Source of the DNA: Candidatus Iainarchaeum sp.
GTDB lineage: Archaea; Iainarchaeota; Iainarchaeia; Iainarchaeales; JAZDEL01
Length of the DNA: 64,000 bases
Direction: 5' to 3'
Assembly (NCBI GenBank): GCA_043808785.1
Contig: JAZDEL010000001.1
Span: 130,122 to 194,121 of the forward strand
How positions within the stretch are numbered: position 1 is the first letter of the stretch; each line of letters opens with the position of its first letter. The notes under the pieces are model-generated. The model searched no databases and was not told the DNA's origin. It saw only the letters and a list, made by a program, of their open reading frames with translations. Positions 55,859 through 64,000 of the stretch are shown one piece after another. The position numbers and the translations under genes are program-made.

Positions 55859-56635
55859 CTACCTGCCGTTTCGCCCAACTATCAGATGGATGTTGTTGTT
55901 CGGCTCCTTGCTGTCTGTTCGCACAGCCCTGCTCTCAACGGCCTTTGCCCCGAACCTTTCCATGAGCGCGGCAATTTCAGCAGGTTTTGGCGGGCGCGTA
56001 CGGTATTCCGGGCGATAAACAATAACTATCCCGCCGCCCGGTTTCAGCCTTGAAAACATGTGGCCGAGGGCCTTTTCTGCATCTTTCACATGGTGAAACG
56101 ACTCGTTGGAAATTATCAGGTCAACCGATTTTTCTTTCAGGGGGGATTCCTCGAATGTGCCGGGCACAACGGAAACTTTTTTGCGCCCCCTGGGCCCCAG
56201 TATGTTGAGCGCAACCCTCGGCACCTGTTTCGCCATCTCGCGAAGGGGCTCTACGCCGATAATTTTGCCGATATTCGGAAACTCCTTGGCAAGGAAGCAT
56301 TCGTGGTGCAGGTTTCCCGCGCCGTAACTTGCGACCGTCGCCCCCTTTGGCAGGTTTAATCTGGAAACGCCCTCAACAAGAGCCCTATGGTCAATTATAT
56401 TGTCTTCCGAACTGTAAATTTTGCCGTACTTCCTCGCCATGTAGCGGAATCTTTTTCCTTCGTCCTTTCCAGCCTCTGACAGCCGCCTCAGCTTTTCCCT
56501 GCTTTTCGGATTAAGCCCGTGGTAAAAGTTGGCATATTCATCAAAGGTCATTCTCCAGCTCGGCTTGAACCAGAGCGCAAATTGCCCCAATCTGCCTGGT
56601 TTCTGCCCGATTTTTGCCCGCGGATTTCTGCCCAT
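55859..56635 (-). CDS. Class I SAM-dependent methyltransferase, preceded by leader module R3
   Basis: Motif I VASYGAGNLHHECFLA, the post-II motif VDLIISNESFHHV, and LKPGGGIVIV. Confidence 0.7.
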   Translation of the reverse strand: MGRNPRAKIGQKPGRLGQFALWFKPSWRMTFDEYANFYHGLNPKSREKLRRLSEAGKDEGKRFRYMARKYGKIYSSEDNIIDHRALVEGVSRLNLPKGATVASYGAGNLHHECFLAKEFPNIGKIIGVEPLREMAKQVPRVALNILGPRGRKKVSVVPGTFEESPLKEKSVDLIISNESFHHVKDAEKALGHMFSRLKPGGGIVIVYRPEYRTRPPKPAEIAALMERFGAKAVESRAVRTDSKEPNNNIHLIVGRNGR

Positions 56636-56726
56636 AACGCCACATCAGGCTATGCTGCCAATGCAATAAACGGCAATTCAAAATATAAATATTTCATTTT
56701 CTGAAACACAGGCGCCTCGGCTGAAT

Positions 56727-56835
56727 TTAATTGTGCCCCCGCGAACCCTCGCCCGCATGCCTAACAGCCATTACCACCTCCCATTCGGGTTTTTTCTTAC
56801 GACTCGGCGCTTCTCGGCTTAAGCATTTCCCCCGC
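56727..56835 (-). promoter_or_regulatory. Conserved promoter/leader module R3
   Basis: GGGAGGTGGTAATGGCT...GGCATGCGGGCGAGGGTTCGCGGGGGCACAATTAAATT with a 14-aa short ORF (MAVRHAGEGSRGHN). Confidence 0.45.
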
Positions 56836-56933
56836 TTGGGGTCGGCTCCGCTGCACGCCAATTACAGCCGTTCCCGGCAAATGCTCGCCAACAGAACGGG
56901 CGCGGAAACTTATTCAAGCCGTTTTTGAACCGC

Positions 56934-57575
56934 TCAAAGCCGTACACTCTTGTTTCCGTGAATTTTCTGGTGTGCTTTATTCCACAGCAGCCACAGCAGG
57001 AGATGGGGGGCTTCGGGCGGGGCATCGCTCTGCTGCAATTTCTCAATCCACCTTTCGGCTGCCGCCTGGGAGCTTACATATGCTTCACCTGCCGTATTCC
57101 CCTTCAGCAGCGATTTGACCGCCTGATTTGACACGTCCAGGCACGGTTTCGCAAATTCATCCCGCAGAGGGGTTGCGCTCTTCTGGGGATTAATGGGAAA
57201 GCCGAACAAATCGCAGTATCCTATGAAAGCAGCTGCTCCCGACTGCACGCAGTCCCTCCCGAGTTTTGCCGCGGAACTGCACGAGCGGCAGTAAATAACT
57301 TTGTCCTTAAGCAGCCGTTCATTTTGCCCGCTCTTTATCAGGACTTCATTCCTGTGCCCCGCGACCCAATCCTCGCCGCCGTGGCCGTTGAACATTGCCA
57401 GTTTCGGGTTTTTTCTGCCGAGAAATTTGCCAACCTCCGCGGCGCTTGCCCTTTCCCTCCTGAACTCAAAAACAGCAAGCCCCTTCTGCTTAGCCAGCTC
57501 TATAAGTTCGCCAGCCCATGCCGAAAGGTATGCGGTAGTGTCGTCGTGTTCGGGCAGGGTAATAAAGAATTCCAC
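56934..57575 (-). CDS. Minimal caspase-like (metacaspase/CHAT-type His-Cys dyad) putative cysteine peptidase
   Basis: AMFNGHGGEDWVAGH (the H-G dyad context) and VIYCRSCSSAAKLG (the catalytic-Cys context), in the order expected for a caspase fold, within 213 aa. Confidence 0.45.
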   Translation of the reverse strand: MEFFITLPEHDDTTAYLSAWAGELIELAKQKGLAVFEFRRERASAAEVGKFLGRKNPKLAMFNGHGGEDWVAGHRNEVLIKSGQNERLLKDKVIYCRSCSSAAKLGRDCVQSGAAAFIGYCDLFGFPINPQKSATPLRDEFAKPCLDVSNQAVKSLLKGNTAGEAYVSSQAAAERWIEKLQQSDAPPEAPHLLLWLLWNKAHQKIHGNKSVRL

Positions 57576-57585
57576 AAAATCGCCC

Positions 57586-57792
57586 CTATTTTGAGAATGA
57601 GCGCAGATAGCTTAATTGTATTTCTATTATTTTTTCCCCAATCTTGCTGCCCTGCCTTACTTCCCCGATAAGTTCTTCTTTGCTGAAGACCCCCATGCTG
57701 CCCAGCGAAATTTTCATTGTCGGCGGCATGGTTTCCAGCCTGGCAATGACCAGTTTTTTTATTTCATCCTTACTTATTGCCATTGCCGCCAC
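57586..57792 (-). CDS. Hypothetical small protein (68 aa)
   Basis: Protein-like ORF downstream of the tandem small ORF. Confidence 0.3.
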   Translation of the reverse strand: MAAMAISKDEIKKLVIARLETMPPTMKISLGSMGVFSKEELIGEVRQGSKIGEKIIEIQLSYLRSFSK

Positions 57793-57973
57793 CTATGATT
57801 TTCAGCGCCTCAAGTTTATTCAGTATTTTTGCCCCCAGCGCAGTCCCGCCCCTTATCTCCCGGTATGCCACATTCCACGTGATGGGCTCGTCATCCACAA
57901 CCAAAACTATCTCTTTTCTCACATTCAAAGGGAGGTCGGCATATATCTGCATAAATCTTTCTGCAGCGCCCAT
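57770..57973 (-). CDS. Hypothetical small protein (67 aa)
   Basis: Protein-like ORF that overlaps the next small ORF by 23 nt. Confidence 0.3.
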   Translation of the reverse strand: MGAAERFMQIYADLPLNVRKEIVLVVDDEPITWNVAYREIRGGTALGAKILNKLEALKIIGGGNGNK

Positions 57974-58057
57974 TACACCACGCCCAAACGCATCACGGCA
58001 ACTTATATTGATATGAAGCAGTATTTAAACCCTTTTTGCACCCGCCAGCAGGCAGGC

Positions 58058-58696
58058 TCACTTCCCCGCGTTCGCGCCCGCTGGCCATTTCTTCTTTTCC
58101 TTAAGCAGCGCGGGCGCCCCCGCGGCAATCACATACCCTATTTCGAAGCCCGCCATTGCGACTATGTAAATATACTTCCCGAGCGCAAAGCCCGCGATTA
58201 TGCACGCGAGGGGGAGCAGCAGCCTGCTCCCGAGCGCGAACTTCACAAGCGCGTTCGTTTCCTCGCCCCTCTTTTCAGCCCTATCCCCCCTGTCGCTCAG
58301 CGCCTCGTCGAGCACCGCACAAAGCAGGAATGCGGCAAAAAGCGGGAACTCGATTTCGGGAATCCCGAGGAAAGCAAGCGCGGCAATTATTGCAGCAACA
58401 CCGAACTGGTGCGCCTTGTCGACCTTCCCGTAAACGAGCACCGCAGCAACAACCGCAAGCCCCCATGTCATTGTCTCGGTTTTCAGCGAAAGCACGACCC
58501 CCAGAAGCAGCCCGTATGCAAGCGCAAGCGCGTATGCAACCCTCGCATCCGCCTTAATCCTGCCGTCGGAAAGGTCGTCGGCAAACTTCACAAGCGCGCC
58601 CGCGATGAAGGTGAGAAGCACTATATTCGCAAAAACGAAAAAGCTGTCCGCGAGCGCGGCAAGGGAAGCGATAAAATATGCGATTGTGTATTCCAT
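58058..58696 (-). CDS. Polytopic membrane protein (212 aa)
   Basis: Five to six predicted TM helices with the KFADDLSDG loop. Confidence 0.55.
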   Translation of the reverse strand: MEYTIAYFIASLAALADSFFVFANIVLLTFIAGALVKFADDLSDGRIKADARVAYALALAYGLLLGVVLSLKTETMTWGLAVVAAVLVYGKVDKAHQFGVAAIIAALAFLGIPEIEFPLFAAFLLCAVLDEALSDRGDRAEKRGEETNALVKFALGSRLLLPLACIIAGFALGKYIYIVAMAGFEIGYVIAAGAPALLKEKKKWPAGANAGK

Positions 58697-58937
58697 CCCC
58701 GTGCCCCCTTTGCAATCCCCGTCCTTATTCCACTATGCGCCGATTGCAATTAAAATATACCCTTTCCCCCGTGAGCAGGGTTCGGCGCAATTACGGCGCC
58801 CGAAGGCATGCGCAACAACCGCCCCCGTGCCCGTTCAGGGTTAGGCGCAGCCGCAACAACTCCCTTCCCACGCGCGGGGTTCCGCGCAATCACAATTGCC
58901 CCCGCACCCACGTTGCCCCCGCGCGGGTTCGGCGCAG

Positions 58938-59891
58938 TTACAGTTCTCCCCTGCCCCTCAGCGCCCCAAGCATCAGCGGAAACGCTATTGTGGCGTCGCA
59001 GTTAACCGTAACGCTCCTCCCGTGCTCCTTTAATTTTCCCCAGCTTTTCGCCTCGCGCGTCTGCGCGCCGCTCAATGAGCCGTCGAACTCCTGCGCGGTT
59101 GTGACATAAACCGCGTAATCCAGCCCCGAGCGCAGGATGTTCGCGCCGATTATGTGGTGCTTCGCAATGCCGCCGCCGAGCACGATTGCGCCCGTGCGCC
59201 CGGCATTAAGCACCAGATTTGCGAGAGTTTTCATGTCCCCTGTTACATCGCACGCAAAGTCGGGCTTCCTCTCCTTGAAAAAATACATCTGCAGCCCTAT
59301 TGCGCCGTCCGTAATGCCCGGGCAGAAAACCGGTATTCTATTCTTCGCGCACCAGTAAAGGAAACTGCCTTCCGCGGCCTTCCCCGCTTCCCCGCCGAGC
59401 TTCGAACCAATGAACCCCGCCAGCCGCGACGGGTTTGTTGTTTTGTTTTTTTTGTAAACTTCTTCGAGCCAGCCCTGCACCTTCTTCTCAAGAATTTCGA
59501 ACCCCCTGTCCCGCACGAAAATGTTGCCTATCCTGTTTATTCCTTTTTTGTGCAGCGCGGCATCGTCCGCGCTGAACTCGCCCATTTCGTAAGGCATGAA
59601 GCACTTGATTATGTCGTGGTCTATCGCCCCCGCGGTTGTGACGATTGCGTGCACCTTCTTCTTCCTGCACAGTTCCGCAATATTTCCCCTCACTCCGCTC
59701 GCCACAAGGTTAGCGGTAAACCCGAAAAAAACAGTGCATTCTTTGTCCGCGAGCATTTCCTGCGTGAGTTCCGTGCCCTGCGCCAAATGCGAAGCCTGGA
59801 AGCCCGCGCTGTGCATGGCTTTAACCAAATCGCCAGCGCCCGCGGAACCGGAACTAAAATCCGTTATTTTTTGGTTTTTGTTTTTCTCCAT
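58938..59891 (-). CDS. dys: Deoxyhypusine synthase
   Basis: FFGFTANLVASGVRG...AIVTTAGAIDHDIIK...NIFV and a C-terminal GGGI.KHHI; 317 aa. Confidence 0.85.
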   Translation of the reverse strand: MEKNKNQKITDFSSGSAGAGDLVKAMHSAGFQASHLAQGTELTQEMLADKECTVFFGFTANLVASGVRGNIAELCRKKKVHAIVTTAGAIDHDIIKCFMPYEMGEFSADDAALHKKGINRIGNIFVRDRGFEILEKKVQGWLEEVYKKNKTTNPSRLAGFIGSKLGGEAGKAAEGSFLYWCAKNRIPVFCPGITDGAIGLQMYFFKERKPDFACDVTGDMKTLANLVLNAGRTGAIVLGGGIAKHHIIGANILRSGLDYAVYVTTAQEFDGSLSGAQTREAKSWGKLKEHGRSVTVNCDATIAFPLMLGALRGRGEL

Positions 59892-59904
59892 ACAAGCACC
59901 ATGC

Positions 59905-62883
59905 CTATTTCACGACCTCAATAGCAAACTCCCTTTCGAGCAGCTTCTCCTCCCAACGGAACCCCTCTTGTTTTCCGCCCTTTAACTGCACTAGCTTGGT
60001 GTTTGTCTCCTTCTCTAGCCTCTTGCCGTATTTCTTCAGGAACCCGGCATCCGAGCACGCAATCCTGAGTTCCGCTAACTTCTGCGGCATTAACCCTGCC
60101 TGCTTCCTCGCATCCTGTATCCGCCTGCGCAGTTCCATAAGTTCCCACTCCTCGCGCATCTGCGTGTCGGAAGCGATGTTGAGGTAAAGCACAAGGTTGT
60201 CGTTCACGGCTTTCTCAGCATACTCACCCTTTGGCTTACTCCCGCCTTTCTTCTGTTCAGCAACCTCCCCCACGTTAACCATCTTCGCGAGGATGTTTTT
60301 TGTTTTTTTCAGTTCCGTGCCTTTCTCCGTGGCAACAACAAGTTCCTTCAGCGGCCAGCGCAGCCTCAGCTTCTTCTCCTCGCGCAGTGCGAGCGCCTCC
60401 TGCGCGAGCGCCATTGCAAGCTCCATCTCCTTCTCCAGCGCAGCGTCAATCATTTTCTTGTCAACCGCAGGCATTCCCGCTAAGTGCACGGATTCGGGCA
60501 TCTTCCCGGAGCGCGCGTGCTGGTAAATATATTCCGTAACATGTGGAGTTATAGGGGAAAGCAAACGCAAAAGCGTGAATATGCAGTTGTTGAGCGTCGC
60601 TTCCACCGCCTTCCCGCTTTTGCCCCTTACCCTCTCCCTAACCAGTTTTATGTAAGTGCGCGACAAATCATCAACAACAAACCTTTCGATAAGCGCCGCC
60701 GCCTTCGACGGCACATAGCCGTCGTAAGCGTCAAGGGCCTCGCGCACGAGCGTGTTCAATTTGCTGAGTATCCACTCATCCTCAACCTCAAGCCCCTTTG
60801 CAGGCTTCATCCCCAAATCAAGCGCAAGGTAAATGCTCACGTAATTGTAAGTGTTCCAGAATGTGTTGAAAAACCTGCCTATGTCCCTGAACGCCTCCCA
60901 GTCGAACGTTATGTCCGCGCCCTTGGAGTTGAGCACAAGGTAATGCCTGAGGTAATCGACATTATATTTCTCAATAACCTCCATCGGCTGCACAACATTC
61001 CCCGCGCTCTTGCTCATCTTCTTCTTGCTCACGTCGAGCACCATCCCGTGCACCATTACGGCTTCGTAAGGGAGCCTGTCGAAGCATATAATCGAGCATA
61101 TCGCCTGCGAGTTCCACCATCCCCTGAACTGGTCAGTTGCTTCGGTGTTGAATTCCGCGGGCCACCACTTCTTGAAAAGGTCCGTGCGCAAAGGGTAATC
61201 CAGCGCGCCCCACGAGGAAACGCCCGAATCGAACCACACATCCATTACCTCCGGCACGCGCCTCATTTTGCCCGCGCATTTTTTGCATTTGAAAACCACA
61301 TCATCAATCTCCGGCTTGTGCAGGCCGAGGTTCTTAGGAAGTTTCGCAAGTTTGCCCAACTCCTTCATGCTCCCCACAACAACGCGCGCGCCGCATTTTT
61401 CGTTCTCGCAGACCCAAATAGGCAAGGGCGTTCCCCAGTACCTCTGCCTCGATACAGGCCAGTCGCCTATGCTTTCGAGCCAGTTCTGCATCCTGTCGCC
61501 CATGAATGCGGGCACCCAGTTTACCTTTTTGTTCAGCGCAAGCGCGCGCTTCTGTATATCGCTTATCTTGAAGAACCACTGCGGAATGCTCACCATGAGC
61601 AAAGGCGTCTTGCACCTCCAGCACAGCGGATAATCGTGCGTGTAAGGGTGCTTATACACCAGCGCGCCCTTTGCCTCCAAATCCGCAATTATCTGCGCGT
61701 CAATTTCCCTCGCCCTTCCGCCCGCGTACTTTCCCGCCTCCGCGGTAAGTATGCCGTCAATCCCCACAGGGCACAAAGCAGGCAGGCCGTTTTCCTTCCC
61801 TACCTCATAATCCTCCCTTCCGTGCCCCGGTGCCGTGTGGACGAGGCCTGTTCCCGCATCAAGGTTCACATACCTGCCGCCGGGGACAACGCGCCTCATG
61901 CCTTTGAGTTCGGGTTTTTTCCCCTGCATTTCCTCGGCAAGCGCCTCCTCGTATTCCGTTCCCGCGAGCTCGCTCCCTTTCCAAACCTTAACCTCGCGGT
62001 ATCCCGCCTCGGCGGCATCCATAATCCCCTGCAGGAGTTCCTTTGCGAGAATCCAGTGTTCGCCGCTGCTGAGTTCGACCTCCGCATATTCATAATTCGG
62101 GTGAACCATTATTCCCGTATTGCCCGGCAAAGTCCAGGGTGTCGTTGTCCATATGATAAAGTAGCGGTTCCCCTGCCCCGAACCGGCGGAACCATGGCCT
62201 TTTGCGTTTCGCGCGCCCGAACCATTTTCCTTTCCCGAACCCCTTTCCTTTATTTTGTATTTCACATAAACCGACATGTCCGAAAGTTTCGTGTATTCGA
62301 TTTCGTTGTACGCAACCGCGGTCTCGCAGCGCGGGCAGATGTGAACAGGATATTGCCCGCGGTAAAGCAGGCCCTTCTCCTCAGCGCTCTTGAATGTCCA
62401 CCACACGGCTTCAATGTACTCGTTGCGCAGCGTAAGGTAAGGGTTCTCCCAGTCCATCCACACCCCCAGCATTTTATACTCGCCGTTCTGCGTGCCTATG
62501 AACCTTGTTGCAAACTCCCTGCACTTCCTTACGAAATTCCCGACCCCGAACTTCTCTATGTCCTTCCTGTTTTTCGTGCCGAGTTCCTTCTCGATCTGGT
62601 ATTCGATGGGAACTCCGTGCGTGTCATATCCCGCCCTGTCAAAAACGTCGAAGCCCCGCATGCGCTTGGCGCGCATCATGCAGTCCTTGAGCACCTTGTT
62701 CAGGGCAGTGCCCATGTGTATGTGCCCTGTTGCATAAGGAGGGCCGTCCATCATGTACCATTGTTCCTTTTTGCCGCGGTTCTGCTTCCGCGCCTTTTCC
62801 GCAATCCCGCGCGCATCCCAGAAGTTCTTAACTTCCGCCTCCTTTTCGCGGGTGTAGGGCTCGAGGGGTTTTTTCACAGCCAT
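59905..62883 (-). CDS. ileS: Isoleucyl-tRNA synthetase
   Basis: HMGTALNK (HIGH), KMSKS, zinc-binding Cys pairs; 992 aa. Confidence 0.95.
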   Translation of the reverse strand: MAVKKPLEPYTREKEAEVKNFWDARGIAEKARKQNRGKKEQWYMMDGPPYATGHIHMGTALNKVLKDCMMRAKRMRGFDVFDRAGYDTHGVPIEYQIEKELGTKNRKDIEKFGVGNFVRKCREFATRFIGTQNGEYKMLGVWMDWENPYLTLRNEYIEAVWWTFKSAEEKGLLYRGQYPVHICPRCETAVAYNEIEYTKLSDMSVYVKYKIKERGSGKENGSGARNAKGHGSAGSGQGNRYFIIWTTTPWTLPGNTGIMVHPNYEYAEVELSSGEHWILAKELLQGIMDAAEAGYREVKVWKGSELAGTEYEEALAEEMQGKKPELKGMRRVVPGGRYVNLDAGTGLVHTAPGHGREDYEVGKENGLPALCPVGIDGILTAEAGKYAGGRAREIDAQIIADLEAKGALVYKHPYTHDYPLCWRCKTPLLMVSIPQWFFKISDIQKRALALNKKVNWVPAFMGDRMQNWLESIGDWPVSRQRYWGTPLPIWVCENEKCGARVVVGSMKELGKLAKLPKNLGLHKPEIDDVVFKCKKCAGKMRRVPEVMDVWFDSGVSSWGALDYPLRTDLFKKWWPAEFNTEATDQFRGWWNSQAICSIICFDRLPYEAVMVHGMVLDVSKKKMSKSAGNVVQPMEVIEKYNVDYLRHYLVLNSKGADITFDWEAFRDIGRFFNTFWNTYNYVSIYLALDLGMKPAKGLEVEDEWILSKLNTLVREALDAYDGYVPSKAAALIERFVVDDLSRTYIKLVRERVRGKSGKAVEATLNNCIFTLLRLLSPITPHVTEYIYQHARSGKMPESVHLAGMPAVDKKMIDAALEKEMELAMALAQEALALREEKKLRLRWPLKELVVATEKGTELKKTKNILAKMVNVGEVAEQKKGGSKPKGEYAEKAVNDNLVLYLNIASDTQMREEWELMELRRRIQDARKQAGLMPQKLAELRIACSDAGFLKKYGKRLEKETNTKLVQLKGGKQEGFRWEEKLLEREFAIEVVK

Positions 62884-62901
62884 TCAGGGCGCCTCCGAAA
62901 G

Positions 62902-62975
62902 TGGGCGTAGGAGGATTTGAACCCCCGACACTTGGTGTATAAGACCAATGCTCTGCCAGGCTGAGCTATACGCCC
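62902..62975 (-). tRNA. tRNA-Ile (anticodon UAU), immediately upstream of ileS
   Basis: Acceptor GGGCGUA/UACGCCC, D-arm GCUC...GAGC, anticodon stem UUGGU/ACCAA with loop CUUAUAC, T-loop UUCAAAU, discriminator A. Confidence 0.7.
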
Positions 62976-63207
62976 GAATGCATGAAGAAATGCAATAACT
63001 AACTGTGTAAAGAACAAATAAATAGTTTGTGGTTCCGCCGGCGCGGTTTGGGGTTGTGGCACATTCCGCCAACTGCGGGAAAAACAACAGGCTTGTGGTT
63101 CCGCGCAGCGGTTCAGAAGCAGGTGTGCGGGCGTATTTGATACCGCCCCCGCGTGAGTTCCAAAAATCCCGAAGCAGCCATGTGAACCATTCTCCGCGGC
63201 GCGCGCA

Positions 63208-63558
63208 TCAGGCGGATGCCTTCCCGCTGACGTTGTTCTCCGTGTTGACTTCCCCGACTTCCTTCTCCGCTTCCTTGAACTCGCCGTAGCGCCCTATGTT
63301 GAGCCTCACAGAATCCTTGAATGTAGATGTATAGCCGTTCGTTATCGCGTAGCTCTTGCCAATCTCGACCTTTTCTATTGCGTCGTCCCAGAGCGTGAGG
63401 AGCACGCTTCCTGTTGCGTCCGCAACAAGCGCCTCCGTAACCTTGTGCTGCGAATTGTCCAGCTTGCTCGTGACCTCGCGCACCTCGTTCTTCTCAAGCA
63501 CCTTTACAACAAGGTCCACCTTCTTGGAGAACGGCCTGAGTTCAGCAACATTTCCCAT
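63208..63558 (-). CDS. OB-fold ssDNA-binding protein (short RPA/SSB-like)
   Basis: DLVVKVLEKNEVREV...ALVADATGSVLLTLWDD... OB-fold pattern in 116 aa. Confidence 0.55.
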   Translation of the reverse strand: MGNVAELRPFSKKVDLVVKVLEKNEVREVTSKLDNSQHKVTEALVADATGSVLLTLWDDAIEKVEIGKSYAITNGYTSTFKDSVRLNIGRYGEFKEAEKEVGEVNTENNVSGKASA

Positions 63559-63822
63559 TTCAACCAGCCTTTTCGATTATAATCAACTTCCCCATACAAA
63601 TGGTTTTAAAGGTATTTATTCGCCTTTCGGCGTATTTACCCCCGAACTTCTCCCGTGCGCTCCGGCAGCGTTCGGCCCGCTGCCTGCAAAGGCTGTCCGC
63701 CTCCTGCGCCAAACCATTTGCAGCCCTGCGGCTAACCCTCCGCGCGGGGGCATAACCCGCTACTCGGGCACGTATGTAAATAAATAAAAAAGAGAGGGGA
63801 AGGATTTCCCAGGCCCTTAATT

Positions 63823-64000
63823 TCAGAGCTTGTAGTCCTTCTTTATCTCCGTAGCCAACTGTTTGATATCCTTCCAGTAAGCCAGGCCGAAACCAATCCC
63901 CAGAACTATTGCCATCATCATGGCAAACGCAGTGAACGCGTTTACGAATGCCTGCTCAAGGACTGTTACATCCAGGCCTGCATTCCTCATCGCGAGCACA
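63823..64000 (-). CDS. Partial CDS: the C-terminal end of a membrane protein, running off the window edge
   Basis: The frame reads ...MRNAGLDVTVLEQAFVNAFTAFAMMMAIVLGIGFGLAYWKDIKQLATEIKKDYKL* with the stop at 63823-63825. Confidence 0.35.
   Translation of the reverse strand, partial: VLAMRNAGLDVTVLEQAFVNAFTAFAMMMAIVLGIGFGLAYWKDIKQLATEIKKDYKL

Noticed and set aside
60484-62910. 808-aa plus-strand ORF
   Set aside because: It is antisense to ileS, has no recognisable motifs and is Arg/Pro-rich, so it is an artefact of high GC.
1-64000. CRISPR arrays or rRNA genes
   Set aside because: Scanned for regularly spaced 25-40-bp direct repeats and for rRNA-like conserved stretches and found none. The only periodic repeats are the coding tandem repeats and the short operator-like repeats listed above.

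Overview
This 64-kb window is an archaeal chromosome segment at roughly 55-60% GC. The archaeal call rests on Alba, GatE, deoxyhypusine synthase, Sec61-beta, archaeal-type AspRS, TATA/BRE-like promoters and tRNAs without an encoded CCA. It runs from the 3' part of a giant repeat-containing surface protein to a partial membrane-protein gene at the right edge. Core genes include gatE, an NAD(P)HX dehydratase, a PMI-type cupin, carbamate kinase, asnS, aspS, an IMPase/FBPase, Alba, Sec61-beta, deoxyhypusine synthase, ileS and an AIP-synthase-like CDP-alcohol phosphatidyltransferase. Around them sits a large amount of accessory material: (1) a cell-surface island of paralogous secreted and membrane-anchored proteins next to a KaiC-like ATPase (8.1-14.3 kb); (2) a tnpB-only IS200/IS605 element with a candidate omega-RNA region (29.7-31.6 kb); (3) an HPS-like / HerA-like ATPase / EgtD-like methyltransferase / urea-transporter-like cluster (32.5-36.4 kb); (4) three large polytopic membrane proteins plus BNR, Ig-like and LRR surface proteins (36.4-48.0 kb); and (5) an accessory island between Sec61-beta and deoxyhypusine synthase (52.0-58.7 kb). 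That last island holds a Panacea-domain antitoxin paired with a RelE-fold toxin carrying a zinc-ribbon insertion, three genes preceded by copies of one conserved promoter/leader module, a SAM methyltransferase and a minimal caspase-like protein. Six tRNAs were found by eye: Gln-UUG, Ile-GAU, Val-CAC with a non-canonical D-loop intron, Leu-UAG, Ile-UAU, plus tRNA-3'-end fragments that read as att-like scars. There is a Fic gene whose 5' end is disrupted. No CRISPR array and no rRNA were seen. Every protein assignment comes from reading motifs in the supplied translations, and none was checked against a database.
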